A stretch of DNA of 64,000 nucleotides, taken from Candidatus Nomurabacteria bacterium (GTDB lineage Bacteria > Patescibacteriota > Minisyncoccia > Phycocordibacterales > UBA2100). A model generated the notes under the pieces. That model searched no databases. It was not told where the DNA came from and saw only the letters and a program-made list of their open reading frames with translations. The number at the start of each line of letters is the position of its first letter. The first letter of the stretch is position 1. The stretch spans positions 24,846 through 88,845 of the forward strand of contig CALRHH010000003.1 of NCBI GenBank assembly GCA_943359395.1, written 5' to 3'. Shown here piece by piece: positions 1-9,880 of the stretch. A program made the translations under genes and the position numbers.

Positions 1-843
1 GATTCAACGTGGATTTTAGGCACCTACTTCACGGCTCTCCGGGACGGCATGCCCCTCTTCCCCGATGCCCTCGCGGCACCCATCACGAACCTCGTCATCT
101 TCATGCAAGTAATCGGGAGTTGGTTCTTGCTCTCCAAAAGACGGGTGCTCCAACGGATGGCATTCTTGTACGCTCTCGCTTTTCATCTGTACTCCGGCGT
201 ATTCGTACTCTATTTTTATCCTTCAGTATCACTTCCTCCTGTACTTATCCTGTTCGGTGCCATGTACCGGCATACCCCGGTTCCATTCTCCAAAAAGACG
301 ATAGCCGGGTGGACTGTGATTGCGCTGGTCGCGATTTTCCAATTACTCGGTTTTACCGCTCCTGGTGACCGCCGGATGACACTCGAGGGGAATAAGTTCG
401 GTATGTTCATGTTCGAGGCGAACCACCAATGCATCGTTACGATCGGGACGTACAGTAAAAAAACTCCTAACGTGCGGCCGGATTGGGAAACCCCCGCGGG
501 GACACGGTGCCCAGGTTTCTTCTGCCTGGTCAAAACGACGACCAGTAAGACATCTGAAAATCTGTCGCTTCGCGAAGAGCGATACGAGTCGGGCACCGCA
601 TGGAACCGGTGCTACCCTTACGAATGGTGGTCCCGCCTCCACTCCCGCTGCGCACAAAACCAAAACATCGACCGGATTTCTCTCAAAATTGACCATTCGA
701 TTAACGGCGGGCCATTCTATCGCACCGTTGATGTGTCGGACATATGCGATGTACCCTATCATCCATTCGGTGGTAATACCTGGATTAAGGGGCCCCCGGA
801 AGCTCCTCTCATCGGGTACCCCGTCACGAACACGTATAACTAA
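1..843 (+). CDS. HTTM-domain / vitamin K-dependent carboxylase-like membrane protein, 5'-truncated by window edge
   Basis: Frame is open from base 1 (DSTWILGTYF...). Several TM segments; FHLYSG, EGNKFGMFM and SINGGPF resemble HTTM/VKGC-family motifs. Confidence 0.55.
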   Translation, partial: DSTWILGTYFTALRDGMPLFPDALAAPITNLVIFMQVIGSWFLLSKRRVLQRMAFLYALAFHLYSGVFVLYFYPSVSLPPVLILFGAMYRHTPVPFSKKTIAGWTVIALVAIFQLLGFTAPGDRRMTLEGNKFGMFMFEANHQCIVTIGTYSKKTPNVRPDWETPAGTRCPGFFCLVKTTTSKTSENLSLREERYESGTAWNRCYPYEWWSRLHSRCAQNQNIDRISLKIDHSINGGPFYRTVDVSDICDVPYHPFGGNTWIKGPPEAPLIGYPVTNTYN

Positions 844-851
844 TAAATCAT

Positions 852-1058
852 ATGGAAAACGGCACAACAACACTCATTGTCCTGAAAGAACTGGCTGGTA
901 ACCCGCCTCCCCACTTGAACGCCATCCAAGAATTGCTCGCGCCGCACGTCGGACTCCTTACGACACTCTGGATCTCCGTGTGGATAACGACAGCCGCCGT
1001 TCTCCTCGTACAACCCTGGCATGCATACAAAGAACATAAGAATAACCAAAGCAATTAG
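852..1058 (+). CDS. Small single-TM hypothetical protein (68 aa)
   Basis: ATG 8 nt after the upstream stop; one hydrophobic helix; overlaps next gene. Confidence 0.55.
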   Translation: MENGTTTLIVLKELAGNPPPHLNAIQELLAPHVGLLTTLWISVWITTAAVLLVQPWHAYKEHKNNQSN

Positions 1059-2730
1059 TGAGCGCGGGAAGTACGAAGACTTGCGCGAGGCAATATCATC
1101 TACCGTATTCGTCCAAGCTGAAAAAGGTGCCGTTATCATCGGCTCTGAGCCCACAGGTGAGCGTAACCCGTGGATATTCGATTTCCGGGCACTTTTGCTG
1201 CAGTCGAAGTGGCTCGACAGATACGCGGAGATATTCTGGGAGCGTTATGCGTCGAATCCTCCATTCCAAGTAGGCGGTATCGAAACGGCTGGCATCGCAC
1301 TGGTCGCGGCAATCGTGATGAAAGGAGAGGAGCGCGGCACCCCAGTCAATGGTTTTTACATACGAAAGTCACGGAAGCGTCAGGGACTCGTGAAGTATAT
1401 TGAAGGCACGCTCAACGATTTGCCTATCGTCCTTGTCGACGACCTCATGAATTCGGGGCAAAGTATCGACAAAGGTATTGATATTCTTTCGCAAGAAGGG
1501 AAAAAAGTCACTGGCGTATTCGTCATCCTCGCCTTCCGTACAGATGATGCTTATGTGCATCTCAAAGAAAAAGGGGCTTCTCTTACACACCTGTTCACTC
1601 TCACCGATTTCGGTATGCCGCTTTTAAGATCGAAGGCGCCGGAAATTCCGGACGACTCTTTCGACGTCATGTGGCGCTACGCAGCACCGAACCCCAGCTA
1701 TCACCTCGTCGTACAAAAATCAGCCCCTGTTCTGGATGACGAAAGAGTCTTTCTTGGTTGCGACGACGGAACATTCCGGGCACTGAATCAAAAGACGGGG
1801 GAGATCGACTGGGAATTTTCTGTCGGCCACCATCCGCGAGGCAAAGGTATTCTCTCGTCCCCCACGCTTCACGAAGGCGTCGTCTACTTTGGCGCGTACG
1901 ACGGCGTCGTGTATGCGCTTGACGCGAAGACTGGGAAAAAGATATGGAGTTACGACGACGCCGATTGGATAGGCTCCTCACCCGACGTTGCCTCAGACCT
2001 CGGCCTCCTTTTCATCGGACTCGAATTCGGACTCTGGAGAAAACGGGGCGGCATTGCGGCGCTTGACCTAAAAACGGGAGTGCCGCGCTGGACTGCATAC
2101 CACACAGACTTAACGCACGGCTCCCCGCTCTACATCCCGGAAGAGTCCTTCGTAGTAATCGGGAGCAACGACGGTGCCTTGTATGCATACGATGCAAAGA
2201 CGGGTAGCTTGCGCTGGAAGTATCCGTCGCGGGGAGATATAAAAACGCGCCCGGCGTATGATACGAAACGACGTATTGTCATCTTCGGTTCAATGGATGG
2301 TACTCTCTACGTGCTCTCGGCGCGGGACGGCTCCCCTCTCTACGCCCGCGAGACCGGTGCCGGGATATATTCGACACCGCTCGTCCACGGCGACACCGTA
2401 TACGTCGCATCACTCGATAAATGTATCTATGCGATAAATAGTGTAAATTGGAAAGACCGCTGGGTGTATGAAACGAAAGGGCGCATCTTTGCCTCCCCGC
2501 TGATTACCGGCGATTCACTATGGATTGGTTCGAACGACGGCAGACTTTATGAGCTCAACCCCGATACCGGTACACTCAAACATTTCTTTCAAGCAACAGA
2601 GCGTATTGTAAACGCCGCCTGTTACAATGCCTCAACGAAAAGATTCTTTGTGCCAACTGTAGCGAACGAACTCTATTGTATCGAACGAAATAGCGGCGAC
2701 CGGACACTCATAGAGGCCTCTTCTATATAA
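1021..2730 (+). CDS. Orotate-PRTase-like type I phosphoribosyltransferase fused to PQQ-like beta-propeller
   Basis: N-term RKSRKRQG loop and PRPP motif IVLVDDLMNSGQS; C-term repeated YALDAKTGxxxW / SSP blades. Confidence 0.8.
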   Translation: MHTKNIRITKAISERGKYEDLREAISSTVFVQAEKGAVIIGSEPTGERNPWIFDFRALLLQSKWLDRYAEIFWERYASNPPFQVGGIETAGIALVAAIVMKGEERGTPVNGFYIRKSRKRQGLVKYIEGTLNDLPIVLVDDLMNSGQSIDKGIDILSQEGKKVTGVFVILAFRTDDAYVHLKEKGASLTHLFTLTDFGMPLLRSKAPEIPDDSFDVMWRYAAPNPSYHLVVQKSAPVLDDERVFLGCDDGTFRALNQKTGEIDWEFSVGHHPRGKGILSSPTLHEGVVYFGAYDGVVYALDAKTGKKIWSYDDADWIGSSPDVASDLGLLFIGLEFGLWRKRGGIAALDLKTGVPRWTAYHTDLTHGSPLYIPEESFVVIGSNDGALYAYDAKTGSLRWKYPSRGDIKTRPAYDTKRRIVIFGSMDGTLYVLSARDGSPLYARETGAGIYSTPLVHGDTVYVASLDKCIYAINSVNWKDRWVYETKGRIFASPLITGDSLWIGSNDGRLYELNPDTGTLKHFFQATERIVNAACYNASTKRFFVPTVANELYCIERNSGDRTLIEASSI

Positions 2731-2733
2731 AAA

Positions 2734-2773
2734 GCGGAGGTGCGTTGCATCGGTTGATGCATCGTACCTCCGC
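2734..2773. terminator. Hairpin between convergent genes
   Basis: GCGGAGGTGCGTTGCATC...GATGCATCGTACCTCCGC imperfect inverted repeat right after the stop at 2730. Confidence 0.55.
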
Positions 2774-2821
2774 ATGCACCGGAGAAAACTATCTCCGAGT
2801 GTCAGGTGGCCACGGGGCCTT

Positions 2822-3052
2822 TTATTTCGGGAAAAACTGATTGCAGACCCCGGCACCATGCTTCTTGATGTTGTAACCGAGCTTCCGCCGGTTGTCCAGG
2901 CACTCGGCCCGGGTTCTCGGCAGCGGCAGAACCATCGTCTTCCCGTCGATCGTCGTCCGGGTAATGAACTGCCCCCGCTGGGCTTCAGCCGAGGAGACGG
3001 AGGCCGCCGCGAGCAGCACGCCCGCAACGGCAATCTTCAACAATGTCTTCAT
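2822..3052 (-). CDS. Small secreted protein with two Cys (76 aa)
   Basis: Sec signal peptide ending AEA; GGGAG SD; own promoter upstream. Confidence 0.75.
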   Translation of the reverse strand: MKTLLKIAVAGVLLAAASVSSAEAQRGQFITRTTIDGKTMVLPLPRTRAECLDNRRKLGYNIKKHGAGVCNQFFPK

Positions 3053-3119
3053 CAGAAGCTCCCATCTGCTGCGGGATGGATTTGGTGCGGACTCAATGCC
3101 CGCTCCGCAGCTGGCTGGA

Positions 3120-3149
3120 ATTATACCTCATATTTTTTACAAAAGTCAA
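3120..3149 (-). promoter_or_regulatory. Sigma70-type promoter of the small secreted gene
   Basis: Minus strand TTGACT-18 nt-TATAAT. Confidence 0.65.
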
Positions 3150-4453
3150 GCCCCGCCCCTCACCTGGCCCGCCCCGGGACGCGTGCTTTCGTCGATCACT
3201 ATCCTGCTTTTGCCCCGGGGAGCTAATGGAATATTTTCGACAATCTCCACGCCGACGCGCACATCCTTCCCTACGAGTTTTCCGAGGCTTTCTTTTACGC
3301 GCTCTTCCACACCGGCGTAAAATGCCGGGCCCGGGATGATGCGCGCTACGATTTCGCCGTCAGACTTCTTTGCAATCTGATACTGGAAGATGTAATTCAT
3401 AAAACCGTCCATCGCGCCGTCAAACTCGAGATGATGAATCCGGCGTGCGGGAAACGTGAGGTATGCGGAGTAGCGTCCCTTAATCCACAGACGGGGCGAA
3501 CGCAATCCGCAAGCACATGGCTCATAAGAAATCCTTCCGCGATCCCCCGTATCGTATCTGATAAAGGGCATGCCATAGTTTAAAAGGTCAGTGGCGATGA
3601 TTTTTCCTTCCACGCCCGGCGAAGCCTCCGCATACGAATCGTCCGTAATTTCGATAATGACCGATTCCGTATTCACATGAAAGCCGTCATGCCGGGCACA
3701 CTCCACTCCGACGACACCTATTTCCTCGAGACCATAGCGGTCATATATTTCACAACCCAGAGTATCTTCGACAAACCTGCGTACCGACGGAAAAAGCATC
3801 TCCCCGAACGAAAGTACGAATCGCAATTCGGGACGCGGAAGCGCCGGATTCTTTGAAACGAGCCGGGACATTTCAAGCAAAATTGACGGGTATGCTGACA
3901 AGACTTCAGCCTTAAAGGCCGCCATTCGCGCAAGCGCCTGCCTCGGATTGCTCAGAAACTCTCCGACGGGGACAAAAAGGTGCGACTCACTCGACAAGCC
4001 CCGTATCTTAATGCGGACGATACGTACTGTGGCGAGACTGCTGAGCGGCTCTCCGCGCCACCAGAGAAAACGGAATGAGGCAAAATCGATGTATTTGTCG
4101 ATGACGGCTTCTTCACTCATGAGAAACCGGAAGGGCGTACCGGCAGTCCCCGACGTAACGTACCAAAATGAATGCACGGCCTGACTACTGTCAATGTATT
4201 CTTCCGGCATTTTCCCTTCGAATGTCCGCTTACTCGTGACGGGGAGGCGGGACATGTCCGCAAGAGAACGGATGGAGTCCGGCTCTATCCCCTTTTCCCT
4301 GAGGAAAGTGCGCCAAAGCGGAACATGCAGATAGGCATGCCGGAGAAGTTTCCGCATGTGTTTCTCTTGCCATCGTTTTTGTGCCGAGGGGGAGCGTCTG
4401 TGCAAAACGCAAAATCGTGCGAACGCAAAACGTTCTGTGATTCGACGTATCAT
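3146..4453 (-). CDS. Phenylacetate-CoA ligase/CapK-like adenylate-forming enzyme
   Basis: TSGTAG P-loop, DRYGLEE, MPFIRYDTGD, GKSR C-terminal Lys motif; ATGA overlap with upstream paralogue. Confidence 0.85.
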   Translation of the reverse strand: MIRRITERFAFARFCVLHRRSPSAQKRWQEKHMRKLLRHAYLHVPLWRTFLREKGIEPDSIRSLADMSRLPVTSKRTFEGKMPEEYIDSSQAVHSFWYVTSGTAGTPFRFLMSEEAVIDKYIDFASFRFLWWRGEPLSSLATVRIVRIKIRGLSSESHLFVPVGEFLSNPRQALARMAAFKAEVLSAYPSILLEMSRLVSKNPALPRPELRFVLSFGEMLFPSVRRFVEDTLGCEIYDRYGLEEIGVVGVECARHDGFHVNTESVIIEITDDSYAEASPGVEGKIIATDLLNYGMPFIRYDTGDRGRISYEPCACGLRSPRLWIKGRYSAYLTFPARRIHHLEFDGAMDGFMNYIFQYQIAKKSDGEIVARIIPGPAFYAGVEERVKESLGKLVGKDVRVGVEIVENIPLAPRGKSRIVIDESTRPGAGQVRGGA

Positions 4454-5802
4454 GATTTATTTTCAAAATCTCTAATGAAGTATACGGCTTTCCCGCTCTT
4501 CGCCTCAGGGATGGTACCAGTGAGCTCCCACTGTATCCGCACACGGGGGTGCAGGAGCCTCACCATGAGCGCATCAAGAGATTCTTTATGCGCGTCAAAG
4601 GAAGAGCCGGGCACAACCTTCATGACAAAAGAAACTTTGCCCGTCTGGATTATCTGATATTGACGGATAGAGTCCCTGTAAGAACCCAGCGCGTACGCGA
4701 TATCGAGTAACGAGACAGTACGACTATCCTCGAGTTCGATGAGTTCAGTGGTCCTGCCCTTGAAGGTCAGCGTACGGAGTGTCCGGCCACACGCGCAGAG
4801 AGAATCCGTCATGACGCCGGTATCTCCGATTTCATAGCGGATGAAAGGCATCACGCGGTTGTCAAATGTCGTGACGAGAATACGGCCCTCGCGCCCTGGA
4901 GGCAGCGGGAGATTATTCTCGTCCACGACCTCGACGTACGCCCACTCTTCGCTTATGTGCATGTTGTGAAGCTCACATTCATATCCCAAGAATCCCACCT
5001 CCCGCGATGCGTAGAGCGTGAAGAGTTCTGTTTTCATGACACGTTCTACATACGCGCGGTCTGATTCCGTAAGGTGCTCCCCCGCCACCATAGCCACGCG
5101 CACCGGGAGTTCTATTCCGAGTTTCTCCATTTGCCGCGCGAGTTCAACGACCCAGGACGTGTATCCGTACAGTATAAAGCCCTTCCTGAGTTGACGTCCG
5201 AGTTCTTTAAAATCGTTCACCCGGTGCCGGATGCTGTTATATCCGCGGATATAGAACCACACGTGCCTGTAGAACGTGAACCCATTCCGGGGCCGTGCAC
5301 GCATGTACACGATGGGAAACCGTTTGCCTGTGCTGCGAAATATGCGTTCGGTCACGGCAAAACTCCGAAGAGAAGCATGCCAATCTTGAAGAAAGTGGAA
5401 GGGTTTCCCCGTTGATCCCGACGTATAATCGGGGTCGCTTTTGGCCAGAAGAGACGCGTCCGTAATATAGTCCATACGTTTCCCGACCAACGCTTTTTTC
5501 AGGGTGACGGGGAGTTTCGAGAGAATTTCCCGCGGTGACATTGAGGCATCTACCCCAGCTGTATTGAATACGTCTCTCCAGTAAGGAACATGAGTTACGT
5601 GGTGAAATAAATCTTTCAATCGCTCATCCTGAATCCTCTCAATACGCTCCCGTGACCAATACTGACTCTTCATCAACACGTACGTATCGAGAAAAAGAGG
5701 GATGTGCCTAAAAATACTTCTATATAAAAATTTGCTCGTCCAAATACGGTCGCTGCGCAAACCGTGTTTGAGTAAAATCGCTTCGCTCACGCTCGTAAAC
5801 AT
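4450..5802 (-). CDS. Phenylacetate-CoA ligase/CapK-like adenylate-forming enzyme (paralogue)
   Basis: TSGSTGKP, YASREVG, MPFIRYEIGD, KSGK. Confidence 0.85.
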   Translation of the reverse strand: MFTSVSEAILLKHGLRSDRIWTSKFLYRSIFRHIPLFLDTYVLMKSQYWSRERIERIQDERLKDLFHHVTHVPYWRDVFNTAGVDASMSPREILSKLPVTLKKALVGKRMDYITDASLLAKSDPDYTSGSTGKPFHFLQDWHASLRSFAVTERIFRSTGKRFPIVYMRARPRNGFTFYRHVWFYIRGYNSIRHRVNDFKELGRQLRKGFILYGYTSWVVELARQMEKLGIELPVRVAMVAGEHLTESDRAYVERVMKTELFTLYASREVGFLGYECELHNMHISEEWAYVEVVDENNLPLPPGREGRILVTTFDNRVMPFIRYEIGDTGVMTDSLCACGRTLRTLTFKGRTTELIELEDSRTVSLLDIAYALGSYRDSIRQYQIIQTGKVSFVMKVVPGSSFDAHKESLDALMVRLLHPRVRIQWELTGTIPEAKSGKAVYFIRDFENKS

Positions 5803-5854
5803 ATAGCGGAATGATACTGCTTGCCCGAATACACGTCTACGCTCGAGCTTTTGC

Positions 5855-6742
5855 TCACTTCCTCAGCAATTGACGCTCTAATTCCGGTACCGAAATATTG
5901 CACTCCCTGTATTGTTCGTGAAATTTTTCTCTCAGCGCATTTCTTGATGCGTCAATCATAGGACGTATCCGTTCGTACCCATCGCGCTTATACCTGAGGG
6001 CAAGATTGGTCCAGACAGATTGATACACGATGCGTTTGAACGTGTACGCGTTACTCCAGTGCCTGAACAGGAGTTCGGGATTATTGAGGACAAAATCTAC
6101 GAGCGGCTGGCGCAGATACGAGAGACATAGCTCGGGTGTGCTGAAGTGAAAATACGGTTCGTGTGCAGTCGAATTATCCTTACACCATTCGAGCGGGATG
6201 GCATTACCGTTTGAAAATGGGAGGAAAAGGTCGGACCGAGTAATGACGGGTTTCGTACGATCTACGTCGTAGACCTGCTCGCCGCTGCAGAGCACCGCAT
6301 ACCCTCCCCTCTCCTCGACATGTTCCATGAGACGTATTTGTATATACCTGAAGGGGTGTACCGCGGGATATCGCTCATAGGCAGCAACGCCAGAAGAGAT
6401 GAAGGAGGTGATGTTCAGAGGAACTATTTCCTGGTGCACGCCACGATCACGGCACCACTGTGCAGCGTAGTGAATGTCGTGTTGATTGAGGCCGTCTTCA
6501 AATTCGAGCGTCAGTACGGAAAAAGGAATCTGCTGGTCGTAGAACGCCTGACACGCCACTTCGCTGTCTATTCCACCACTCGAACACACCCAAAGAGGTT
6601 TCTTGGCTTTATGAGCTATCGAATGCGCGGCGGTATATATTTCTTCCTTCCAAATTGCTGGCTCACGGCTACAGGGGGTAAAGCGGAGCGAGAATGCACC
6701 ATCCTTTTCTTTGCCTCCGGCTTCGAAAGTAAATGCGGTCAT
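5855..6742 (-). CDS. N-type ATP pyrophosphatase (asparagine synthetase C-domain-like), no glutaminase domain
   Basis: PP-loop SSGGIDSE; C-terminal KRDGYE; ATGA overlap with upstream gene. Confidence 0.7.
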   Translation of the reverse strand: MTAFTFEAGGKEKDGAFSLRFTPCSREPAIWKEEIYTAAHSIAHKAKKPLWVCSSGGIDSEVACQAFYDQQIPFSVLTLEFEDGLNQHDIHYAAQWCRDRGVHQEIVPLNITSFISSGVAAYERYPAVHPFRYIQIRLMEHVEERGGYAVLCSGEQVYDVDRTKPVITRSDLFLPFSNGNAIPLEWCKDNSTAHEPYFHFSTPELCLSYLRQPLVDFVLNNPELLFRHWSNAYTFKRIVYQSVWTNLALRYKRDGYERIRPMIDASRNALREKFHEQYRECNISVPELERQLLRK

Positions 6743-7947
6743 GATGTACGGCTGAACGAACGAATTTGTTCCATAGGGTCAATACCGAGATTCCTCAGAC
6801 CTTGTTGGCATACGCCATCATCGCTTCCGCATATCTCCCGCATGCGTTCCATCGATGTTCCAATCCGATTTAGAAAAAAGAAGAGCCCTTGATAACAGAT
6901 GGTTCTCATGGGAACATCCGACATAGCGGCGCAATACAAGGCAAGTGGCTTCGTCCGATCTTCTGTCGCAACGGCAAGCTTGCCGATAATGCATGACGCT
7001 TCCGCCTGCCGGCTTCCGAGCCCCTGGCAGGACTTGACCGCGGCGGGTGTGTTCGTCAACACCAGGTAAGAACCACTAGACCCCATTCCGCTGAAACAAG
7101 CGGTTCGCGCCATAGCTTCCCCATACGATTCACACACGTTTTTCACAATTTCAAGCGACTGCGCTTCAGAAACGTCCTGCCGCCTGAGAGTGGCATAGAC
7201 CATCCGCGGGAAGTACCGGAAACAAGCGCGCATTTCGGGCAATGAGGGAAAATCGCAGAGGGAGCGCAGGGAATCCTTATCCGGATACTCGATGTCGGGC
7301 GGAGAAGTCATGCTTCTTGACGAGAGAATGTCGGCGTATTCCATCGTAACGCCGTTGTAACATTGATTGAGCATGGAGCCGGATACTTCTCGGCACACTG
7401 CAAATGCCGGCTCAAACTTCTGATATACTTGGAAAAGCGCATGCCCCACGCCATGGCAGGTCCCGATGTTTGTACATAGTCGCTTTCCGACTTTCCGCAA
7501 CTCATCCACGCTCATATGCGCGAGATTTAGTTTTTCGTAGTCTATCCCGAGTTCCTCGGCGAAAGCTCCCCCGATAATCCCGTGGATACAAGCTGAATCG
7601 CAGGCACGGTTGCACTGAGAGATTGCGGCTTCGACGTCGTGATACCTTGTATACATCTGTTGCCCGACAACGTGACCTACGTAATGGCACCACATCGGTC
7701 CAGAGCGGGCCGATAGTATATCCATGAGATCGGCGCCGCCCGTAAGCTCGAGCAGTTTTTTTATCTCAGGCCGGACACACGCCACCCCATCTTTTTCGCC
7801 GGCACAGGCCGATACGCCCGCGAGCGCGCTCCTGAATTTGTATGAAGGCCACCACTGATTGTAAAGAGATTTTGCTCCAAGAACTCCAAGGATTGCGGCG
7901 ACAATGACCAGTCCGAGCACAATCCCGCGCACATCAAAAAAACGCAT
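6739..7947 (-). CDS. Membrane-anchored Cys/His-rich repeat protein
   Basis: N-terminal TM; repeated CHYVGHVVG, CIHGIIG, CHGVGHAL, CYNG, CFSG, CYQG motifs. Confidence 0.75.
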   Translation of the reverse strand: MRFFDVRGIVLGLVIVAAILGVLGAKSLYNQWWPSYKFRSALAGVSACAGEKDGVACVRPEIKKLLELTGGADLMDILSARSGPMWCHYVGHVVGQQMYTRYHDVEAAISQCNRACDSACIHGIIGGAFAEELGIDYEKLNLAHMSVDELRKVGKRLCTNIGTCHGVGHALFQVYQKFEPAFAVCREVSGSMLNQCYNGVTMEYADILSSRSMTSPPDIEYPDKDSLRSLCDFPSLPEMRACFRYFPRMVYATLRRQDVSEAQSLEIVKNVCESYGEAMARTACFSGMGSSGSYLVLTNTPAAVKSCQGLGSRQAEASCIIGKLAVATEDRTKPLALYCAAMSDVPMRTICYQGLFFFLNRIGTSMERMREICGSDDGVCQQGLRNLGIDPMEQIRSFSRTS

Positions 7948-9142
7948 ACCTCATTGTACTCGACAAGCCAGATAGCGACCATCCGTTACTATTCAGGAAA
8001 TCCCTAAACGGCGGGTGGAGGGCGGACATTTGACTGAAACGGTCGTAGCTATACCAGCGGCCTTGAGTACCCGTCGGACCGGCGAGCATCGTTTCGCGCA
8101 TAAATGCAAAAAACGAATTTTTGTGTACATTCGGATGTGCTTCCATACGTTCAATCATTCTGTCCAGGTGTCCCCTAACCTCGGGTAGGCGTGCATCGCC
8201 GTCAATCGCATATATAAAAGTCGCCAGCGAGAAATCAGTATAGACGAGTCTTGCTTCTATCATGATATTCCCTTGCTCGTCCGCCGTCCGCCGCTCTTGG
8301 TAATAATCAAACACTTTTTGAAACGCCGCTTCCGCCTTGGGTAAATTCTCATGACGCACGAGAGCAATTGACGCATTCAAAAAACCTTGAAAATAATAGA
8401 AAGCCGGCGCCTGCACTTCCCAATACGGCCTCCCAAGAATCCTTTTTTCTTCTTCGGGAAACAGTATGTTCGTATCATCCAGGATTTTCTCAATCGACCG
8501 AATATGCCTATCCAAATTACTTGTCGAAAGTTTTTCTATCCCGTCAAAATGTTTGAATATACTTGTTGCATGCCAGATACCCACTTTAAAGTACGCGACG
8601 CTTGTCGGATATTTTGAGAGTGAATATTCGGCGAGGTTTTTCAACGATCCGACATCGTCACCCGGAATACGCAGCTCTCCGTACGGCTCACCTTTGAAAA
8701 TCTCGTCAATGAGCTGAGGTTCCATTGCGGTCGTTATGTATCCCAAGAGTCGATTGATGAGGAGTGCCTGATTGTAGGGGCTTCCCGGGTAAGTGAGTAA
8801 CTGCTCCTTCGTAAGGCGCACCGCCTCAAGTTGTTTTTGCATATCGCCGCCCCAGAAATCCGCGACGACAGTCGCGGTTATCGCCCGCTGTCCGGCAACG
8901 CTGCTTGTACCTGTCGTTTGGAGTATCTTTTGAGCACTTTCTTGTGTGGCGAGAAAATCCCCCTTCTCAGTTAAATCATAGGTAAGCTCAAGGTCGCGAG
9001 TGATTGTTGTTTGTGGGAGCCCGAAGAAAGTCCGGAACGTTGATTGCGGCGCCGTGAACTCATAGAGGATAAAAAGCGCGGCGCATAAGACGGCAGTTGC
9101 GATTACCGGTCCTGTAACGCTCGAGCGGGACATCATATTCAT
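7934..9142 (-). CDS. Membrane-anchored helical hypothetical protein (402 aa)
   Basis: Start moved to ATG at 9142, which forms an ATGA overlap with the peptide gene stop; N-terminal TM. Confidence 0.7.
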   Translation of the reverse strand: MNMMSRSSVTGPVIATAVLCAALFILYEFTAPQSTFRTFFGLPQTTITRDLELTYDLTEKGDFLATQESAQKILQTTGTSSVAGQRAITATVVADFWGGDMQKQLEAVRLTKEQLLTYPGSPYNQALLINRLLGYITTAMEPQLIDEIFKGEPYGELRIPGDDVGSLKNLAEYSLSKYPTSVAYFKVGIWHATSIFKHFDGIEKLSTSNLDRHIRSIEKILDDTNILFPEEEKRILGRPYWEVQAPAFYYFQGFLNASIALVRHENLPKAEAAFQKVFDYYQERRTADEQGNIMIEARLVYTDFSLATFIYAIDGDARLPEVRGHLDRMIERMEAHPNVHKNSFFAFMRETMLAGPTGTQGRWYSYDRFSQMSALHPPFRDFLNSNGWSLSGLSSTMRYAFF

Positions 9143-9441
9143 GGACAATCGCCGCCGCCATCGCCACCGCCGCCACAATCGCCGCCGCCACAATCGCCGC
9201 CGCCATCGCCCCCACAACTGCCGCCACAATCTCCGCCGCCGCAGGCGGGTACCTCAGGGATTGGGGCGTCTGCATGGGCGATTCCAACTGTGTCGGATGC
9301 CCACGGAGAATACCCCGTCTTCGACGACGAGCCAAAGAGGACCAGAATGAACCCTATTGCCACAAGAAATACCGACGGAAGGTACCTTCCCGACGACTCC
9401 CCACCATTATGTGCATTTTCTGCGGTATCGTTATCGGACAT
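9139..9441 (-). CDS. 100-aa precursor-like peptide: TM/leader, AHA-D site, Gly/Asp/Cys repeat tail
   Basis: MSDNDT...VFLVAIGFILVLFG...AHADAPIPEVPA-CGGGDCGGSCGGDGGGDCGGGDCGGGGDGGGDCP; first gene of the operon. Confidence 0.75.
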   Translation of the reverse strand: MSDNDTAENAHNGGESSGRYLPSVFLVAIGFILVLFGSSSKTGYSPWASDTVGIAHADAPIPEVPACGGGDCGGSCGGDGGGDCGGGDCGGGGDGGGDCP

Positions 9442-9449
9442 AGAGTTTA

Positions 9450-9465
9450 ATTGTTGCGCAACAAT
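9450..9465. promoter_or_regulatory. Perfect 16-bp palindrome, candidate ArsR operator
   Basis: ATTGTTGCGCAACAAT just upstream of the peptide ATG, in the divergent region shared with arsR. Confidence 0.55.
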
Positions 9466-9577
9466 GCAACTATTGTACTCCTCCGTCCCGTCGCTGAAAA
9501 CAGGACGTGTGGATAAAAAGTGCGGGCCATCCGGACGCATTGCGAGAGCGCATAAATAGTTGCATACTTCAGAAACT

Positions 9578-9880
9578 ATGAAGATCCGTCGACCGCTCCC
9601 CCGCTCCGCCTATGAGAGGAACGCGGAAACGTACAAGATATTGGCAAATTCAAAACGTCTGGAGATTTTAAATTTGCTTCGCGAACAGGAAATGGCCGTG
9701 CAAGATTTAGTGAAGATTCTCAAAATATCGAAGGCAAATGTGTCCCAGCACTTAGCGTTGCTCCGCCACGAGAAGTTGGTCACGGTGCGGCGGAAAGGAT
9801 TGAATGCGTATTACAATATTGTGGACCCGCGGATAGTAGAACCGTGCCGTATTCTTTACCAGCTTTTCCAAAAATCGTAG
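9578..9880 (+). CDS. ArsR/SmtB family transcriptional regulator
   Basis: KILANSKRLEILNLL...SKANVSQHLALLR...VRRKG wHTH; start set at ATG 9578. Confidence 0.9.
   Translation: MKIRRPLPRSAYERNAETYKILANSKRLEILNLLREQEMAVQDLVKILKISKANVSQHLALLRHEKLVTVRRKGLNAYYNIVDPRIVEPCRILYQLFQKS

Noticed and set aside
9144-9245. GCCGCCACAATC repeats as a CRISPR array or VNTR
   Set aside because: No spacers; the repeats are explained by the encoded GGGDC units.
9141-9350. Arg/His-rich and WRRR-repeat ORFs
   Set aside because: Alternate-frame shadows of the GGC/GAT/TGT repeat; the ATGA overlap at 9139..9142 supports the Gly/Asp/Cys frame.
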